IMG/VR virus record: IMGVR_UViG_3300032246_002821
Coordinates: 96,001 to 160,000 of that record
Source: a virus
Direction: 5' to 3' (one strand)
Length of the DNA stretch: 64,000 nt
Shown: piece after piece, positions 28,210 to 38,012 of the stretch
Layout: every line of letters starts with the position of its first letter
How positions within the stretch are numbered: the stretch's first letter is position 1
The notes under the pieces: generated by a model
The model's input: only the letters and a program-made list of their open reading frames with translations
Databases searched by the model: none
What the model was told of the DNA's origin: nothing
Position numbers and translations under genes: made by a program

Positions 28210-29312
28210 CGTGGTACCTCAGTGCAAGTGTAAAATTTCTCCTGTTGCTCACGTGCATACTGAAAAAATCTACTACGGTTATGCTGCAACTCGGGTTGCA
28301 TCTGTTCATATAAGGCCACTATAGCTGACTTTTCCAGACCTGTCAACCACTTTATTATTTCACATATTTTGTCTGTGGTTTGTGATGCCATACGTTGTGC
28401 CGTGACATCGGTCACGTCCACAGGCCAATAATTCCTGAATGTGTGAAAACCCTGTGATTCCAAGTAGTTATAAATCACAGGATTAGTGTTGAGCAGGAAA
28501 GGTCTGTGTCCTATCAATGGCTTAAACAGCTTCTCGCTGATGAACATCCTGCGGGTGTTGTTGCTGTCCACGCTGTGGTGGCTGGGTTCCAGATCGTAAA
28601 ATTGGCTTTCATTTATGATATGCAGGAAGTGACGCTGCCAAAGATCCAAGTCGCCCAGGCTCCACAGATCGTGAGGTATGTTGTTGAAATTACTGGCATC
28701 TAACACATCCAGACCGCCTGTGTCTCTGTATTGTTCGGGCGTTTCAGCTATGTTCCTGCTGTATCTGCCCCACTGTGGATCTGCAGGATCCACGCCCAAT
28801 GTCACCACTCCATAGCCAGCCAGATCCTGTTCTATCAGCTTTTTTGTCAGCATCATACGATGCATCCTGGGCTTGCGGCTGTAGCTGATAAAGAGTTTTT
28901 CCGGTGTCATCTGTGACACCTGCTCATCGCTGTACTGCTGGAATTTATCCTTGGCTATGATGGCGAAACTATCGAAAAAAGCCTTATTTTCCAATGCGGT
29001 ATAACCCATTTCGGTATATGTGTAATCCGTTTCTGTGAGGTCCAAGGCTTTGAAAAGCTGCTCTATCTCACAGGGATCCACAATCGTGATGAAAAATACT
29101 TGCCAATCTGGGCTATTCAAAGCTGTCCGTATCAGTTCAGCCTGCTGTTGTATCCAGAAAAAATGATTATTTGCCTGTATTATCAATAGGTTAGCTCCTG
29201 GATACCTATACCTGGCATAGTTTTCCACCCTGCTAAACACTTGATCTTCATAGACTTTTAAACTTGTACCCACAGGATGGGTGTGGGTGTTGCCCAATTT
29301 AATGATTTCCAT
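28206..29312 (-). CDS. Glycosyltransferase-like protein (SEK/TEK family, copy 1)
   Basis: LHIINES...FISEKLFKPLIGHRPFLL...GFHTF; likely start MEIIK at 29312. Confidence 0.55.
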   Translation of the reverse strand: MEIIKLGNTHTHPVGTSLKVYEDQVFSRVENYARYRYPGANLLIIQANNHFFWIQQQAELIRTALNSPDWQVFFITIVDPCEIEQLFKALDLTETDYTYTEMGYTALENKAFFDSFAIIAKDKFQQYSDEQVSQMTPEKLFISYSRKPRMHRMMLTKKLIEQDLAGYGVVTLGVDPADPQWGRYSRNIAETPEQYRDTGGLDVLDASNFNNIPHDLWSLGDLDLWQRHFLHIINESQFYDLEPSHHSVDSNNTRRMFISEKLFKPLIGHRPFLLNTNPVIYNYLESQGFHTFRNYWPVDVTDVTAQRMASQTTDKICEIIKWLTGLEKSAIVALYEQMQPELQHNRSRFFQYAREQQEKFYTCTEVPR

Positions 29313-29325
29313 AGGAATAATTATG

Positions 29326-29353
29326 TTGACAATGGTGGCTTGTATGCTAGTAT
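29326..29353 (+). promoter_or_regulatory. Sigma70-type promoter TTGACA-N16-TAGTAT
   Basis: Heads the plus-strand operon; TG extended -10. Confidence 0.65.
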
Positions 29354-29383
29354 GAGTCATAAACACAACAAGGAGCGTGTGAA

Positions 29384-29557
29384 ATGAATGCATTGGGTTG
29401 GGTGGTATTTGTGTTAGTGCTTGCGCTTTTGGGCCCAGTTATCACTATCTGGAGTCTCAACACACTGTTTCCAGTGTTGAATATTCCTTATACCCTGGAA
29501 ACCTGGGCGGCAGCTGGTGTGCTTTTCGGCAGCGCCATCTGGAAAACCAAAGATTGA
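29384..29557 (+). CDS. Small two-TM membrane protein (57 aa), not in the ORF track
   Basis: MNALGWVVFVLVLALLGPVITIWSLNTLFPVLNIPYTLETWAAAGVLFGSAIWKTKD; AAGGAG upstream. Confidence 0.7.
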   Translation: MNALGWVVFVLVLALLGPVITIWSLNTLFPVLNIPYTLETWAAAGVLFGSAIWKTKD

Positions 29558-29562
29558 GGAAG

Positions 29563-30015
29563 ATGCCAATGACTAATTTCAAAGGTCCTGTGGTAGTTGA
29601 TGTGGACGGCACCCTTGCCAACGTGCTGCATCGTCGTCACTGGGTGGCCAGCAAGCCCAAGAACTGGGCTGCTTGGAACGCCAGTATGCATCTGGACACC
29701 TGCCACGAAGACATCAGGCAGCTGGTCGTGGAACTGAGCCTGCGTCGTGAGGTTATCGTATGCACTGGGCGTGAGGACAGTTATCGTGAAGTCACAGAAA
29801 AATGGCTCACGGATAATCAGATCCCGTTCGACCGTGTGTTCATGCGCCGAGCCAAAGATTATCGTCCAGACAGCGTGGTGAAAGCAGAGCTGCTGGATCA
29901 GATCAGGCAGTGGCACGGCGAGCCTTGGATTTGGCTGGACGATCGCAATCAGGTGGTGGATGCCATCCGTGCTGCCGGAGTACGTGTCCTGCAGGTGGCA
30001 CCCGGAGATTTCTGA
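29563..30015 (+). CDS. HAD-family 3'-phosphatase (T4 Pnk/PseT phosphatase domain-like)
   Basis: VVDVDGTLA, VCTGRE, MRRAKDYRPDSVVK, LDDRNQVVDA, LQVAPGDF. Confidence 0.9.
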   Translation: MPMTNFKGPVVVDVDGTLANVLHRRHWVASKPKNWAAWNASMHLDTCHEDIRQLVVELSLRREVIVCTGREDSYREVTEKWLTDNQIPFDRVFMRRAKDYRPDSVVKAELLDQIRQWHGEPWIWLDDRNQVVDAIRAAGVRVLQVAPGDF

Positions 30016-30284
30016 TGTGGGGTTCGCCCCTAGAACTGGAACGTCGCAACAGGATCAAACTTGCTGTTGCGGCGTACTCCTATGAATTTGAAAACCACAG
30101 CATCATGTCAGATGGAGAATTCGACGAGTTTGCCAAATTGATCGATCCTGATATCAGCACAGGTAATTACATATTGGATCAGTTCTTCCAGCAGGAATTC
30201 CAGCCTGATACTGGGCAATGGATACACCGGCATCCAGAGCTGGACAAAATCAAGCAGTTATATCTGAGGTTTTATAAAAAATGA
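30015..30284 (+). CDS. Stand-alone NAD-dependent DNA ligase subdomain Ia-like protein
   Basis: AAYSYEFENHSIMSDGEFDEFAK resembles the Y-Y...P.ISD.EYD motif of LigA domain Ia. Confidence 0.6.
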   Translation: MWGSPLELERRNRIKLAVAAYSYEFENHSIMSDGEFDEFAKLIDPDISTGNYILDQFFQQEFQPDTGQWIHRHPELDKIKQLYLRFYKK

Positions 30285-30475
30285 AAGAACGTGTTAAAAT
30301 ATTCATCGATCGTTGGTATGGTACGGGTTGTCCTCCCTACACTTGGCCCTTGACAATCACGCCCATTGTGCTAAGTTTGTTTCATATAAACGGCATAGAA
30401 AACGCCATAATCTTTTTCAGTGGCTTGTGTTTTGGTTTGCTGTGTGCTACTATGATTTACTTGCACAATCACTGA
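30281..30475 (+). CDS. Small membrane protein
   Basis: Two hydrophobic segments; coupled start. Confidence 0.55.
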   Translation: MKERVKIFIDRWYGTGCPPYTWPLTITPIVLSLFHINGIENAIIFFSGLCFGLLCATMIYLHNH

Positions 30476-30485
30476 TAAATAAAGG

Positions 30486-31865
30486 ATGCGTGTTTTGGAA
30501 TTGTTTGAGAGCGAATATCCTGCTAAAGCTGATCTAACCAACTTGGCTAAGATAATCCACAGTGAGCTGCCTGCTATCCGTCTTAAAGTAAAGGGACGTG
30601 AACGCGGCAAGGCTGTGGCACACATCCGTGCCTATGGTGTCAGCATCGCCGAACTGGTCAGCACTATGGATCAGTTGGGTTTCGCACAAGCAGATCTAGA
30701 CAAGGAACAGACTGGTCTCACTGGCAAAGCCGGTGCCACCACATTCAGTTTTGTTAGAGAAGGCAGCAAATATACCATCATCCTGATGCCCAGCGGCACA
30801 GTACAGCGCAAGGAATTCACACCAGTGAACCTGGGCCTGGCTGGCAAGAAATTCAACAGAGATCAATTGATCACTGCTGTGGTGGAAGCTGTCAGTACCC
30901 GAGTCAAAGACGCCACACTGCGAAAGGCACTGCTGGCACTGATCGACATCGCTGTGGCAGGACAGGGCAAATTGCCTCCCGAATTGAACGCTAGCATCGA
31001 TGCTGCTCGTGGCACCATCAGCCAGGACTTCGGTGAGATCCTGGCTCCCATAATGATCATGAAACCCGATGACATCGCAGAGTTTCCAGTGGGCAACAGT
31101 CCACTGGTTGATGTTACAGTGGGTGACACCAACATCAGCGTCAAGAGCCTCACAGGTTCTGGCACTAGTTTCGCCAGCATCAGCGATCTGATGGACCGAT
31201 TCGAAGCAGGTATGCAGGCAGATGATCCGCGCCGCAGCAAATACAGTATCCTGAAACAATTCCATCCCACTAGCGGTGGCAGCAACAAAGACAAGATCAT
31301 ACGTGCCGCAGGAGCGGCTGTTATTCCTGAATACCAGCAGATGCTCAAGACACTGGGTATCAGCAGACAGGTCACCGGCTGGGCGCAGATACACGCCTGG
31401 TTGCTGTCACAAGATATCGAATATGCCGGTTATGGAGAATGGTTACAGGGCGTTTATCCCATTATGATAGCAGGCGGTTGGGGTAGACCCGCAGGATTAC
31501 CGGCAGATGGTCAGCACTATATGGCCAAGCCTAATGCTCCTGATTTGCCACAACAGAAAAAAGCCGGCAAACGGGCCTTCGATCAGAATCCAGCCGCGGC
31601 AGGCGCAGACATCCTCACATACGTGCTGGGTGTGGGCTTGCTCAACTATGTCCGTAAGGGAAAAGACGCTCCAGACTACAGCCAGATGATGACAGACATT
31701 GTCAGCCAGAGCAACGCAGTGATCGGCAAGATCGACATCACGCTGGACGGCAGCTTGCGTCTGGTCACCAGACCATTCAGCGAACTGCAATTCGCTTTCC
31801 AGTATCACGCACCCAGCCATATCCCCGGCAACAATCTGCCGGGATTCATCGCACTTAATGTTTGA
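30486..31865 (+). CDS. Putative virion-packaged PD-(D/E)xK-fold endonuclease
   Basis: ATAAATA late promoter upstream, CTS-like MRVLELFE start, central DFGE...PLVD...ISVK motif. Confidence 0.5.
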   Translation: MRVLELFESEYPAKADLTNLAKIIHSELPAIRLKVKGRERGKAVAHIRAYGVSIAELVSTMDQLGFAQADLDKEQTGLTGKAGATTFSFVREGSKYTIILMPSGTVQRKEFTPVNLGLAGKKFNRDQLITAVVEAVSTRVKDATLRKALLALIDIAVAGQGKLPPELNASIDAARGTISQDFGEILAPIMIMKPDDIAEFPVGNSPLVDVTVGDTNISVKSLTGSGTSFASISDLMDRFEAGMQADDPRRSKYSILKQFHPTSGGSNKDKIIRAAGAAVIPEYQQMLKTLGISRQVTGWAQIHAWLLSQDIEYAGYGEWLQGVYPIMIAGGWGRPAGLPADGQHYMAKPNAPDLPQQKKAGKRAFDQNPAAAGADILTYVLGVGLLNYVRKGKDAPDYSQMMTDIVSQSNAVIGKIDITLDGSLRLVTRPFSELQFAFQYHAPSHIPGNNLPGFIALNV

Positions 31866-31890
31866 CATTTAACTGTTCCAGTGCTAGGAT
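31862..31890 (+). promoter_or_regulatory. Sigma70-type promoter TTGACA-N17-TAGGAT for the methyltransferase
   Basis: Directly upstream of the ATG at 31897. Confidence 0.7.
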
Positions 31891-31896
31891 GATAAA

Positions 31897-32829
31897 ATGA
31901 TAACTTTATTGAACACAGACTGTCTGCAGGCTGACGTGGCGGATAACAGCATCGATCTGCTGTTGACTGACCCCCCTTATAACATCAGTTCAGATGGTGC
32001 CAAACCCGAATGGCTGGATCCCATCACAGGTGAGAACAAGAACACCATCCACAACCAGCGGTTCAGTGAAAGTTTCGAACAGAACTGGGACGATGTAAGT
32101 CACGAAGAATTTCTTGCACAGATGACCAGCTGGAGCAATTACTGGTTCGCCAAGCTACGGCGCGGTGGCAGTTTTGCAGTTTTTATCAGCGATCAATATA
32201 TCAGTCATCTGTGGAAGATAATGGAGGCCACTGGGTTTGAACCCAAACGAGTCTGGACTTGGAAAAAGCCAGCCGCAGTGCCTTTCAATCGCCGGGTGAA
32301 TCCCGTCAGCGGTTGCGAGTATGTGCTGTGGGGTATCAAACCCGGTGGCCCGCGCACGTTCCACAGCGATGCAACTGAAGGCAGCATTGTGGAACGGTAT
32401 GCCAGTGCTGACAAGGTCAGCAGCATCGTGTACAAGATGATGAAAGACAGCACAGCACCCTATGACCTGCCAGCCATATTCGCGGCAGCGCAGGCCGAGG
32501 CTGCTCGTATGCTGGCAGACCGCAAACGCAACGGCAATGTCATACAGTGTGTGGTACCCAACACCATCACCTACAGCGGTGGCCTGGGCAAGAAGATCCA
32601 TCCCACACAGAAGCCCACGGAGATACTGGAATATTTCATCGAGCTGTTGAGCAATCCTGGCGACACAGTTTTGGATACCTTTGCCGGAAGTGGCAGCACC
32701 GGTGTTGCTGCCGATAAACTAAACCGCAACTGCATACTGATCGAACGCGATACAAAGATGTTCGCCATTATGAGCAAGCAATTTGAATCTGCCAACCACT
32801 TCAACCGTTTATTCGAACAAGAGGTATAA
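31897..32829 (+). CDS. DNA N6-adenine/N4-cytosine methyltransferase, beta class
   Basis: LLTDPPYN (motif IV), HPTQKP, VLDTFAGSGSTG (motif I) in beta order. Confidence 0.93.
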   Translation: MITLLNTDCLQADVADNSIDLLLTDPPYNISSDGAKPEWLDPITGENKNTIHNQRFSESFEQNWDDVSHEEFLAQMTSWSNYWFAKLRRGGSFAVFISDQYISHLWKIMEATGFEPKRVWTWKKPAAVPFNRRVNPVSGCEYVLWGIKPGGPRTFHSDATEGSIVERYASADKVSSIVYKMMKDSTAPYDLPAIFAAAQAEAARMLADRKRNGNVIQCVVPNTITYSGGLGKKIHPTQKPTEILEYFIELLSNPGDTVLDTFAGSGSTGVAADKLNRNCILIERDTKMFAIMSKQFESANHFNRLFEQEV

Positions 32830-32830
32830 A

Positions 32831-33091
32831 ATGTCTGACAATTTCCGTGCTGGTACCAAGCGAGTAGTACACACCCGAGCCAACACATCCTTCGCAGACT
32901 GGCGCGAAATGGTGCTGCTGGAATATACCAAGTTGGGCGTGGATCCTGGCACTGTGCGCCCGTTGCGAGAACTTCACGCCTGGGAAGGCGGTGATACCAC
33001 GCAAGGTTGGGCTACCCACGTGTGGCACAACAATAAACTTCGTGAAAGAACCAAAGAAATCAATATGTTAAACGGCAAAAAAACCGGATAA
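32831..33091 (+). CDS. Hypothetical protein
   Basis: Start MSDNF after GAGG, one base after the methyltransferase stop. Confidence 0.6.
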   Translation: MSDNFRAGTKRVVHTRANTSFADWREMVLLEYTKLGVDPGTVRPLRELHAWEGGDTTQGWATHVWHNNKLRERTKEINMLNGKKTG

Positions 33092-33097
33092 AAACGC

Positions 33098-33125
33098 TTG
33101 ACAGGCCTATTTCCTGTGTTATATT
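33098..33125 (+). promoter_or_regulatory. Sigma70-type promoter TTGACA-N11-TGTGT-TATATT
   Basis: Direct sequence match in an intergenic gap. Confidence 0.75.
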
Positions 33126-33149
33126 AAGGTATAAGCACAGGGGATAGCA

Positions 33150-33440
33150 ATGGTACAAGTTAATGGCAAGGCCACCGGTACGATTACCACTCGCGGTTTG
33201 ATGCGTGACAAATATTTCCTCAGAGGCTACAACGATGTCTCCAAGAACCGCGGTTGGGACAAGGAATACGACAGCTGGTACACAGGTGCCCAGTGGAATT
33301 ACGAGCGGGGTCGCCAGTTTGCTGCTGCCACTGCCAGCAAGCTGCCTCCCAAGGTCAAGACAATGAGCGGCAAGGTGATACTGAGCCGTGATGCCCAGTG
33401 GGCATTCGGTGACTTGTTTCGAGAAAACGCTATTATGTGA
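33150..33440 (+). CDS. Hypothetical protein
   Basis: First gene after the promoter. Confidence 0.65.
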   Translation: MVQVNGKATGTITTRGLMRDKYFLRGYNDVSKNRGWDKEYDSWYTGAQWNYERGRQFAAATASKLPPKVKTMSGKVILSRDAQWAFGDLFRENAIM

Positions 33441-33450
33441 GGAGACTAAA

Positions 33451-34050
33451 ATGCCCAATTGGTGCAATAACAATGCCATCATCCGCCACGCTGATCCAGA
33501 GATGATCTCAAAAGTGGTCAAAGGCTACGCACACGGCAAGTTGTTCAGTGAGTTCTTTCCCTGCCCTGAAGAATTGTCAGCCCCTGTAGAGATAGGTGAA
33601 AACTATAACGATCGAGTGGCGGCTCAGGAAGCAGCCAATCGCGAAAAATTCGGTTATAGCGACTGGTATCACTGGTGCACAGACAACTGGGGAACCAAGT
33701 GGGACGCTGGGAACGAAAATGACGAGGACCTAGACTGCTTAGATCCCAACAAGGTACAGCTCAGCTTCGACACAGCCTGGCAGCCTCCCGTGGCATTCTA
33801 TGAGAAGATGACGGATATAGGTTTCCAGATAGATGCTTTTTATCTGGAAGAAGGGGTAGGCTTCGTGGGCAAATACACAAGCACTGACGGTGATGAGAAT
33901 TATAACTTCGATGGTTCCGAAGATCTGGAAGACATTCCAGATGACATCCGGGAGTTCTGGGATCTGGACACCATCTGTGAATGGCGTGATGCTGAAGAAG
34001 ACGACGATGAAGAGCCTGAAGAAGACCAAGAGGAAGATGGATCCAGCTAA
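33451..34050 (+). CDS. DUF1281/YubB ferredoxin-like protein with acidic tail
   Basis: MPNWCNN, WYHWCTDNWGTKWD, LSFDTAWQPP, FYLEEG; GAGGAG Shine-Dalgarno. Confidence 0.85.
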   Translation: MPNWCNNNAIIRHADPEMISKVVKGYAHGKLFSEFFPCPEELSAPVEIGENYNDRVAAQEAANREKFGYSDWYHWCTDNWGTKWDAGNENDEDLDCLDPNKVQLSFDTAWQPPVAFYEKMTDIGFQIDAFYLEEGVGFVGKYTSTDGDENYNFDGSEDLEDIPDDIREFWDLDTICEWRDAEEDDDEEPEEDQEEDGSS

Positions 34051-34057
34051 TTAACAT

Positions 34058-34210
34058 ATGCGATGTGATCCTGCTTTTCGTATGATCTGGATAGAAGGTT
34101 ATACAGCTAAAAAGAACAATTTACCAGCTGCGGTTTGTCCTTATGACCAGGCCCAGCTGGTTTTTCATTGGCTCCAGGGGTACACAGATGCGGAATTGGA
34201 TCAGCAATGA
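34058..34210 (+). CDS. Ribosome modulation factor (RMF)-like peptide, 50 aa, not in the ORF track
   Basis: MRCDPAFRMIWIEGYTAKKNNLPAAVCPYDQAQLVFHWLQGYTDAELDQQ has the GY...CPY...WL.G[WY] pattern; its stop overlaps the next ATG. Confidence 0.65.
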   Translation: MRCDPAFRMIWIEGYTAKKNNLPAAVCPYDQAQLVFHWLQGYTDAELDQQ

Positions 34211-35313
34211 TACAACTACAAACCAAAGATTTTTGTTTCTATGGCAGCAATGTAAGTTACAACGCAAATGATTTAGCTGACGATATAGACATCTATAATT
34301 TAGATCTTAAAGATCATTTTTTATTTTTTATCAATGTAGACTTGATAACACACATAGACTGTTGTGATGAACAATTATTACAGTTGTTGAAAGACTATCA
34401 ACAAACTGCTTCAGACAATGGCAAGCGATTCCACATAGTATGTGAAAGTATATATGAGGCTCCCAGTTACTCTTATGATCTCAAAAAATTCATATCTAGT
34501 ATATGTGATAGTTTAGGTATAACGTTAGATGAGATCATATTGTTGACGGGTGCCCACGATCAACAAGGTGCTCCTGTCAAAGCAGTCAACAGTCTAGCAG
34601 TAGCAGCACATAATCTCATATTCCTTGATACCGAATCAGACACTCTACCTCAACATCATTTCATCAGTTTAGCACGTTTATTAAAATCTCATAGGATAGC
34701 CGCAACAGTTGAGATATTGGACAGAGGGTTGGACGTCTACGGCAAAATTAGCTTGGGTTCTGGTTATTATATAGATCCAGAAGAAAATAACTTCACATTA
34801 GTACCCAAGCATCATAGGCACCGTATGCCTTTACTCCTGGATGGCGATGTTAGTGGTACTACCAATCCTGCTGAATTCAAGGCAACATCGGACGCTATGA
34901 CCCATGCTTTTTGCAATCTAGTGATGGAAACCAGTTATGAAAGGGCACTGGTACAAGGCAAATGGAATTTGAATTTCGTATCTGAAAAATCTCTTAAACC
35001 TTTCGCTTGGGGGCAGGTGCCCCTGTTCGTGGCCCCCGCAGGATTCGTACAGATAATCAAAAACATGGGTTTCGATATATTCGAAGATATAATAGATCAC
35101 AGTTATGACCATGAAACAGATCCCTTCAAACGCATAACGATGGTTATAGATTGTTTAGCTGAAATATGTGGTCAAGATATTTCTCATTGGCAACAGTATA
35201 AAGAAAACAACCAATCCAGATTCGATAGCAACAGACAGATAGCTATGAAAATCAATAATGATAAGAACCGCATCACCAGAGATAATTTGTGGAATGCAAT
35301 TATTTCCACATAA
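34207..35313 (+). CDS. Glycosyltransferase-like protein (SEK/TEK family, copy 2)
   Basis: FCNLVMETS...FVSEKSLKPFAWGQVP...GFDIFEDIIDHSYD. Confidence 0.55.
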   Translation: MIQLQTKDFCFYGSNVSYNANDLADDIDIYNLDLKDHFLFFINVDLITHIDCCDEQLLQLLKDYQQTASDNGKRFHIVCESIYEAPSYSYDLKKFISSICDSLGITLDEIILLTGAHDQQGAPVKAVNSLAVAAHNLIFLDTESDTLPQHHFISLARLLKSHRIAATVEILDRGLDVYGKISLGSGYYIDPEENNFTLVPKHHRHRMPLLLDGDVSGTTNPAEFKATSDAMTHAFCNLVMETSYERALVQGKWNLNFVSEKSLKPFAWGQVPLFVAPAGFVQIIKNMGFDIFEDIIDHSYDHETDPFKRITMVIDCLAEICGQDISHWQQYKENNQSRFDSNRQIAMKINNDKNRITRDNLWNAIIST

Positions 35314-35321
35314 TTAACTAT

Positions 35322-36056
35322 ATGAAAAACATCAGCAATCACATCTGTAACATTAATCCTTTTACAGTCAGATCAGATTACTCAAAAGCCAGTCCTTTTC
35401 ACATAACAGAAGTAAAAAATTTCATACCAGAATCTTTGGTGAAAGAATTATCGCAAGAATTAGCAGATATCAGTCTGGAAGATTGCAAGCATTTCACAAG
35501 GCGCGACAGTTGTATGTATGAACACAATAAGGTGGAAGATACTCCTGTGGCGCGAGATTTCATCAACATAATGCACAGCAGTCGTATTTTAAAATGGCTG
35601 GAATGTGCCACTGGGATGGCTAAATTGATTCCTGATCCCCATCTGACAGGAGCAGGATATGTCAAGAGTTTTTCCGGAGACAGTTTGAAAATCCATAGCG
35701 ACTTCAATTGGGTGGAAGAGTTGGGTTTGCATCGCACTGTCAGTGTGGTGATCTATCTCAACGATGAATGGCAAGAAGACTGGGGCGGTAGCCTTAATTT
35801 TTATGACAAAGATAGGAAAACCGTGATAAAAAGCATAACTCCTGGTCCAGGCAATGCTGCCATCTGGGGCTACAGCCCCATAGCCTATCACGGTTATCCT
35901 GAACCCATGACTTGTCCTGCGGATTACAGCCGTAAAGCACTGAGATTGTTTTATTATACCAGCAGAGCTGAACACGATCCTGTGGATCCGCCACATCGCA
36001 GCCTATACTGGTTCGATGAAGTTGGCAATCCCGTGGACGACAGGAGCCAGAGATGA
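35322..36056 (+). CDS. 2OG-Fe(II) oxygenase (prolyl-hydroxylase-like)
   Basis: IHSDFN (HxD), VVIYLNDEW...WGGSL, YHG, RKALRLFYY. Confidence 0.9.
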   Translation: MKNISNHICNINPFTVRSDYSKASPFHITEVKNFIPESLVKELSQELADISLEDCKHFTRRDSCMYEHNKVEDTPVARDFINIMHSSRILKWLECATGMAKLIPDPHLTGAGYVKSFSGDSLKIHSDFNWVEELGLHRTVSVVIYLNDEWQEDWGGSLNFYDKDRKTVIKSITPGPGNAAIWGYSPIAYHGYPEPMTCPADYSRKALRLFYYTSRAEHDPVDPPHRSLYWFDEVGNPVDDRSQR

Positions 36057-36904
36057 ATCATCGCGGGGCCAGAGCCATACCAGATGCAGATCACAGGAAC
36101 TTTTTCCAGTCATTAAACGTGATGAAAAGTCTATATGATACAGATCTGCCTGTGAGATTTGCCAAGAAATTCCAGCGTTGGATCACAAATAATCGTTTGA
36201 ACAGTTTGGAATCCCTGAGCCAATATCAGCACATCAGCCTGTGTGCTGGCACCAGCCAGGCGTTCGATCATTTTTACATCAAACATCACACCAGGCGTTT
36301 CCGCACATTAACTGGGGAGTTCATGTATCACAGGGCTGTGTTCAAGCAAGGATACAAACATCTGGATTATCCTCTGGCGCCACTAGATCCCAACGATGCA
36401 GTGATAATCAGCGTACCTTTCAGCGACCTGGGCAGCAAGCATCCTGATACCAACGAGATACTGCGCCGTTGCAGCGAGATGGGTGTGCCTGTGCTGCTGG
36501 ATATGGCCTATGTGGTTTGCAGCAAAAACATAGTCATAGATCTGGACCAGAGCTGCATAGACACTGTGGTATTCAGTCTCAGTAAGATGTTGTATGGTGC
36601 GGAAAACCTGCGTGTGGGAATCAGATTCCAGAAGACCAACAGCGACGATGGCATAGATGTGTTCAACAGTGTGGGGATGAACAATAGGCTGGACATCGCT
36701 GTGGCTGAGCAGATCATCGACACATTTAAACCAGATTACATCTGGGGACGCTACAGTGAGAAATATCAGAAAGTGATCAAAGATATGGGCCTACAGGCCA
36801 CAGACTGCATAATGTTCGGATTAGATGATCAGGACCGTTATCCGGAATTGAATCGCGGCAATAAAACCAATCGCGTTTGTATAAGTGATCAGCTATGCAC
36901 ATAA
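36053..36904 (+). CDS. PLP-dependent transferase (fold type I)
   Basis: LLDMAY (Asp), VFSLSK (Schiff-base Lys), RVGIRF. Confidence 0.75.
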   Translation: MNHRGARAIPDADHRNFFQSLNVMKSLYDTDLPVRFAKKFQRWITNNRLNSLESLSQYQHISLCAGTSQAFDHFYIKHHTRRFRTLTGEFMYHRAVFKQGYKHLDYPLAPLDPNDAVIISVPFSDLGSKHPDTNEILRRCSEMGVPVLLDMAYVVCSKNIVIDLDQSCIDTVVFSLSKMLYGAENLRVGIRFQKTNSDDGIDVFNSVGMNNRLDIAVAEQIIDTFKPDYIWGRYSEKYQKVIKDMGLQATDCIMFGLDDQDRYPELNRGNKTNRVCISDQLCT

Positions 36905-38004
36905 CAGCCACAGACAGATACACTTTTTTCACCTTCAATAATCCCGAGCGTAGCTATCCTGCCAGGGACATCGTGGCCAACAGATATACAGGTCCAGATC
37001 ATTGTCTGATAATAGACATCTATAGCATCAATTTCAGAGAGGACAAACAATTCCAGCATATCCTGGATCATATGACGCCTTATTTCCGAGCAGATAAAAG
37101 GCATAGATTGATAATAGATGCTGCCTATGAGGCACCCACATATCGTTATCATCTCAAGACGTTCATGGATTGGATGGCAGACAATGCTGGTATACCACTG
37201 GCAGATCAGGTGATCTTTGGCGGAAGCCAACACCAATTCGATGATCCCATAAATTTTGCCCTATGCAACAGCATGGCTATTACCCATATGGTGCTGAAAG
37301 ACAGCACATATGATCTGGTACCGGAACATCATTATATTAGTCTAGCCAGGATAGTCAAACGCCATCGTTTGCTCACCACAGTGGAGATCCTGGACAGGGG
37401 ATTGGAACCCTATGGCTATATGAGCCTGGGCAGTGGTTATTACAACAGGGAGGGCGAAAACAGTCTGCTGTGGAGAGAGACTCCAGACAGATACAAGGAC
37501 AAATTCCCCTTGTATATAGAAGGGCTGATAGCACCAGGGGCACTGGCAGAAAATCAACACTATGCAGCTGACCCCAAAATGACATTGGCATTTTGCAACG
37601 TGGTACAGGAAACCAGTTATGATGCCGAAATCACACCTAGCAACTGGAACACACCTTTCATAACAGAGAAAAGCACCAAACCCTTCGCCTGGGGACAGGT
37701 TCCTGTGTATGTTGCCACATCAGGGCACGTCAGCTTTGTACGCCAACTGGGTTTCGATATGTTCGATGATATAATAGATCACGGTTATGATAATGAACAC
37801 GACGGCCGCAGACGCATATTGATGGCAGTGGATCAATTACAAAAGATCTGTGAATTGCCCATAGAGCACTGGCAGCAATACAAACAGCAAAACATTGAAA
37901 GGTTCCGACGTAACCGTGAGATAGCGCATAATCTGTATGCCAACAACCAAGAAACAATGGTCAGACCCAACACAGAAAATTTACTACGGGTTCTGGATTT
38001 ATAA
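36895..38004 (+). CDS. Glycosyltransferase-like protein (SEK/TEK family, copy 3)
   Basis: FCNVVQETS...FITEKSTKPFAWGQVP...GFDMFDDIIDHGYD; close paralogue of 34207-35313. Confidence 0.55.
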   Translation: MHITATDRYTFFTFNNPERSYPARDIVANRYTGPDHCLIIDIYSINFREDKQFQHILDHMTPYFRADKRHRLIIDAAYEAPTYRYHLKTFMDWMADNAGIPLADQVIFGGSQHQFDDPINFALCNSMAITHMVLKDSTYDLVPEHHYISLARIVKRHRLLTTVEILDRGLEPYGYMSLGSGYYNREGENSLLWRETPDRYKDKFPLYIEGLIAPGALAENQHYAADPKMTLAFCNVVQETSYDAEITPSNWNTPFITEKSTKPFAWGQVPVYVATSGHVSFVRQLGFDMFDDIIDHGYDNEHDGRRRILMAVDQLQKICELPIEHWQQYKQQNIERFRRNREIAHNLYANNQETMVRPNTENLLRVLDL

Positions 38005-38012
38005 ATATTTTT

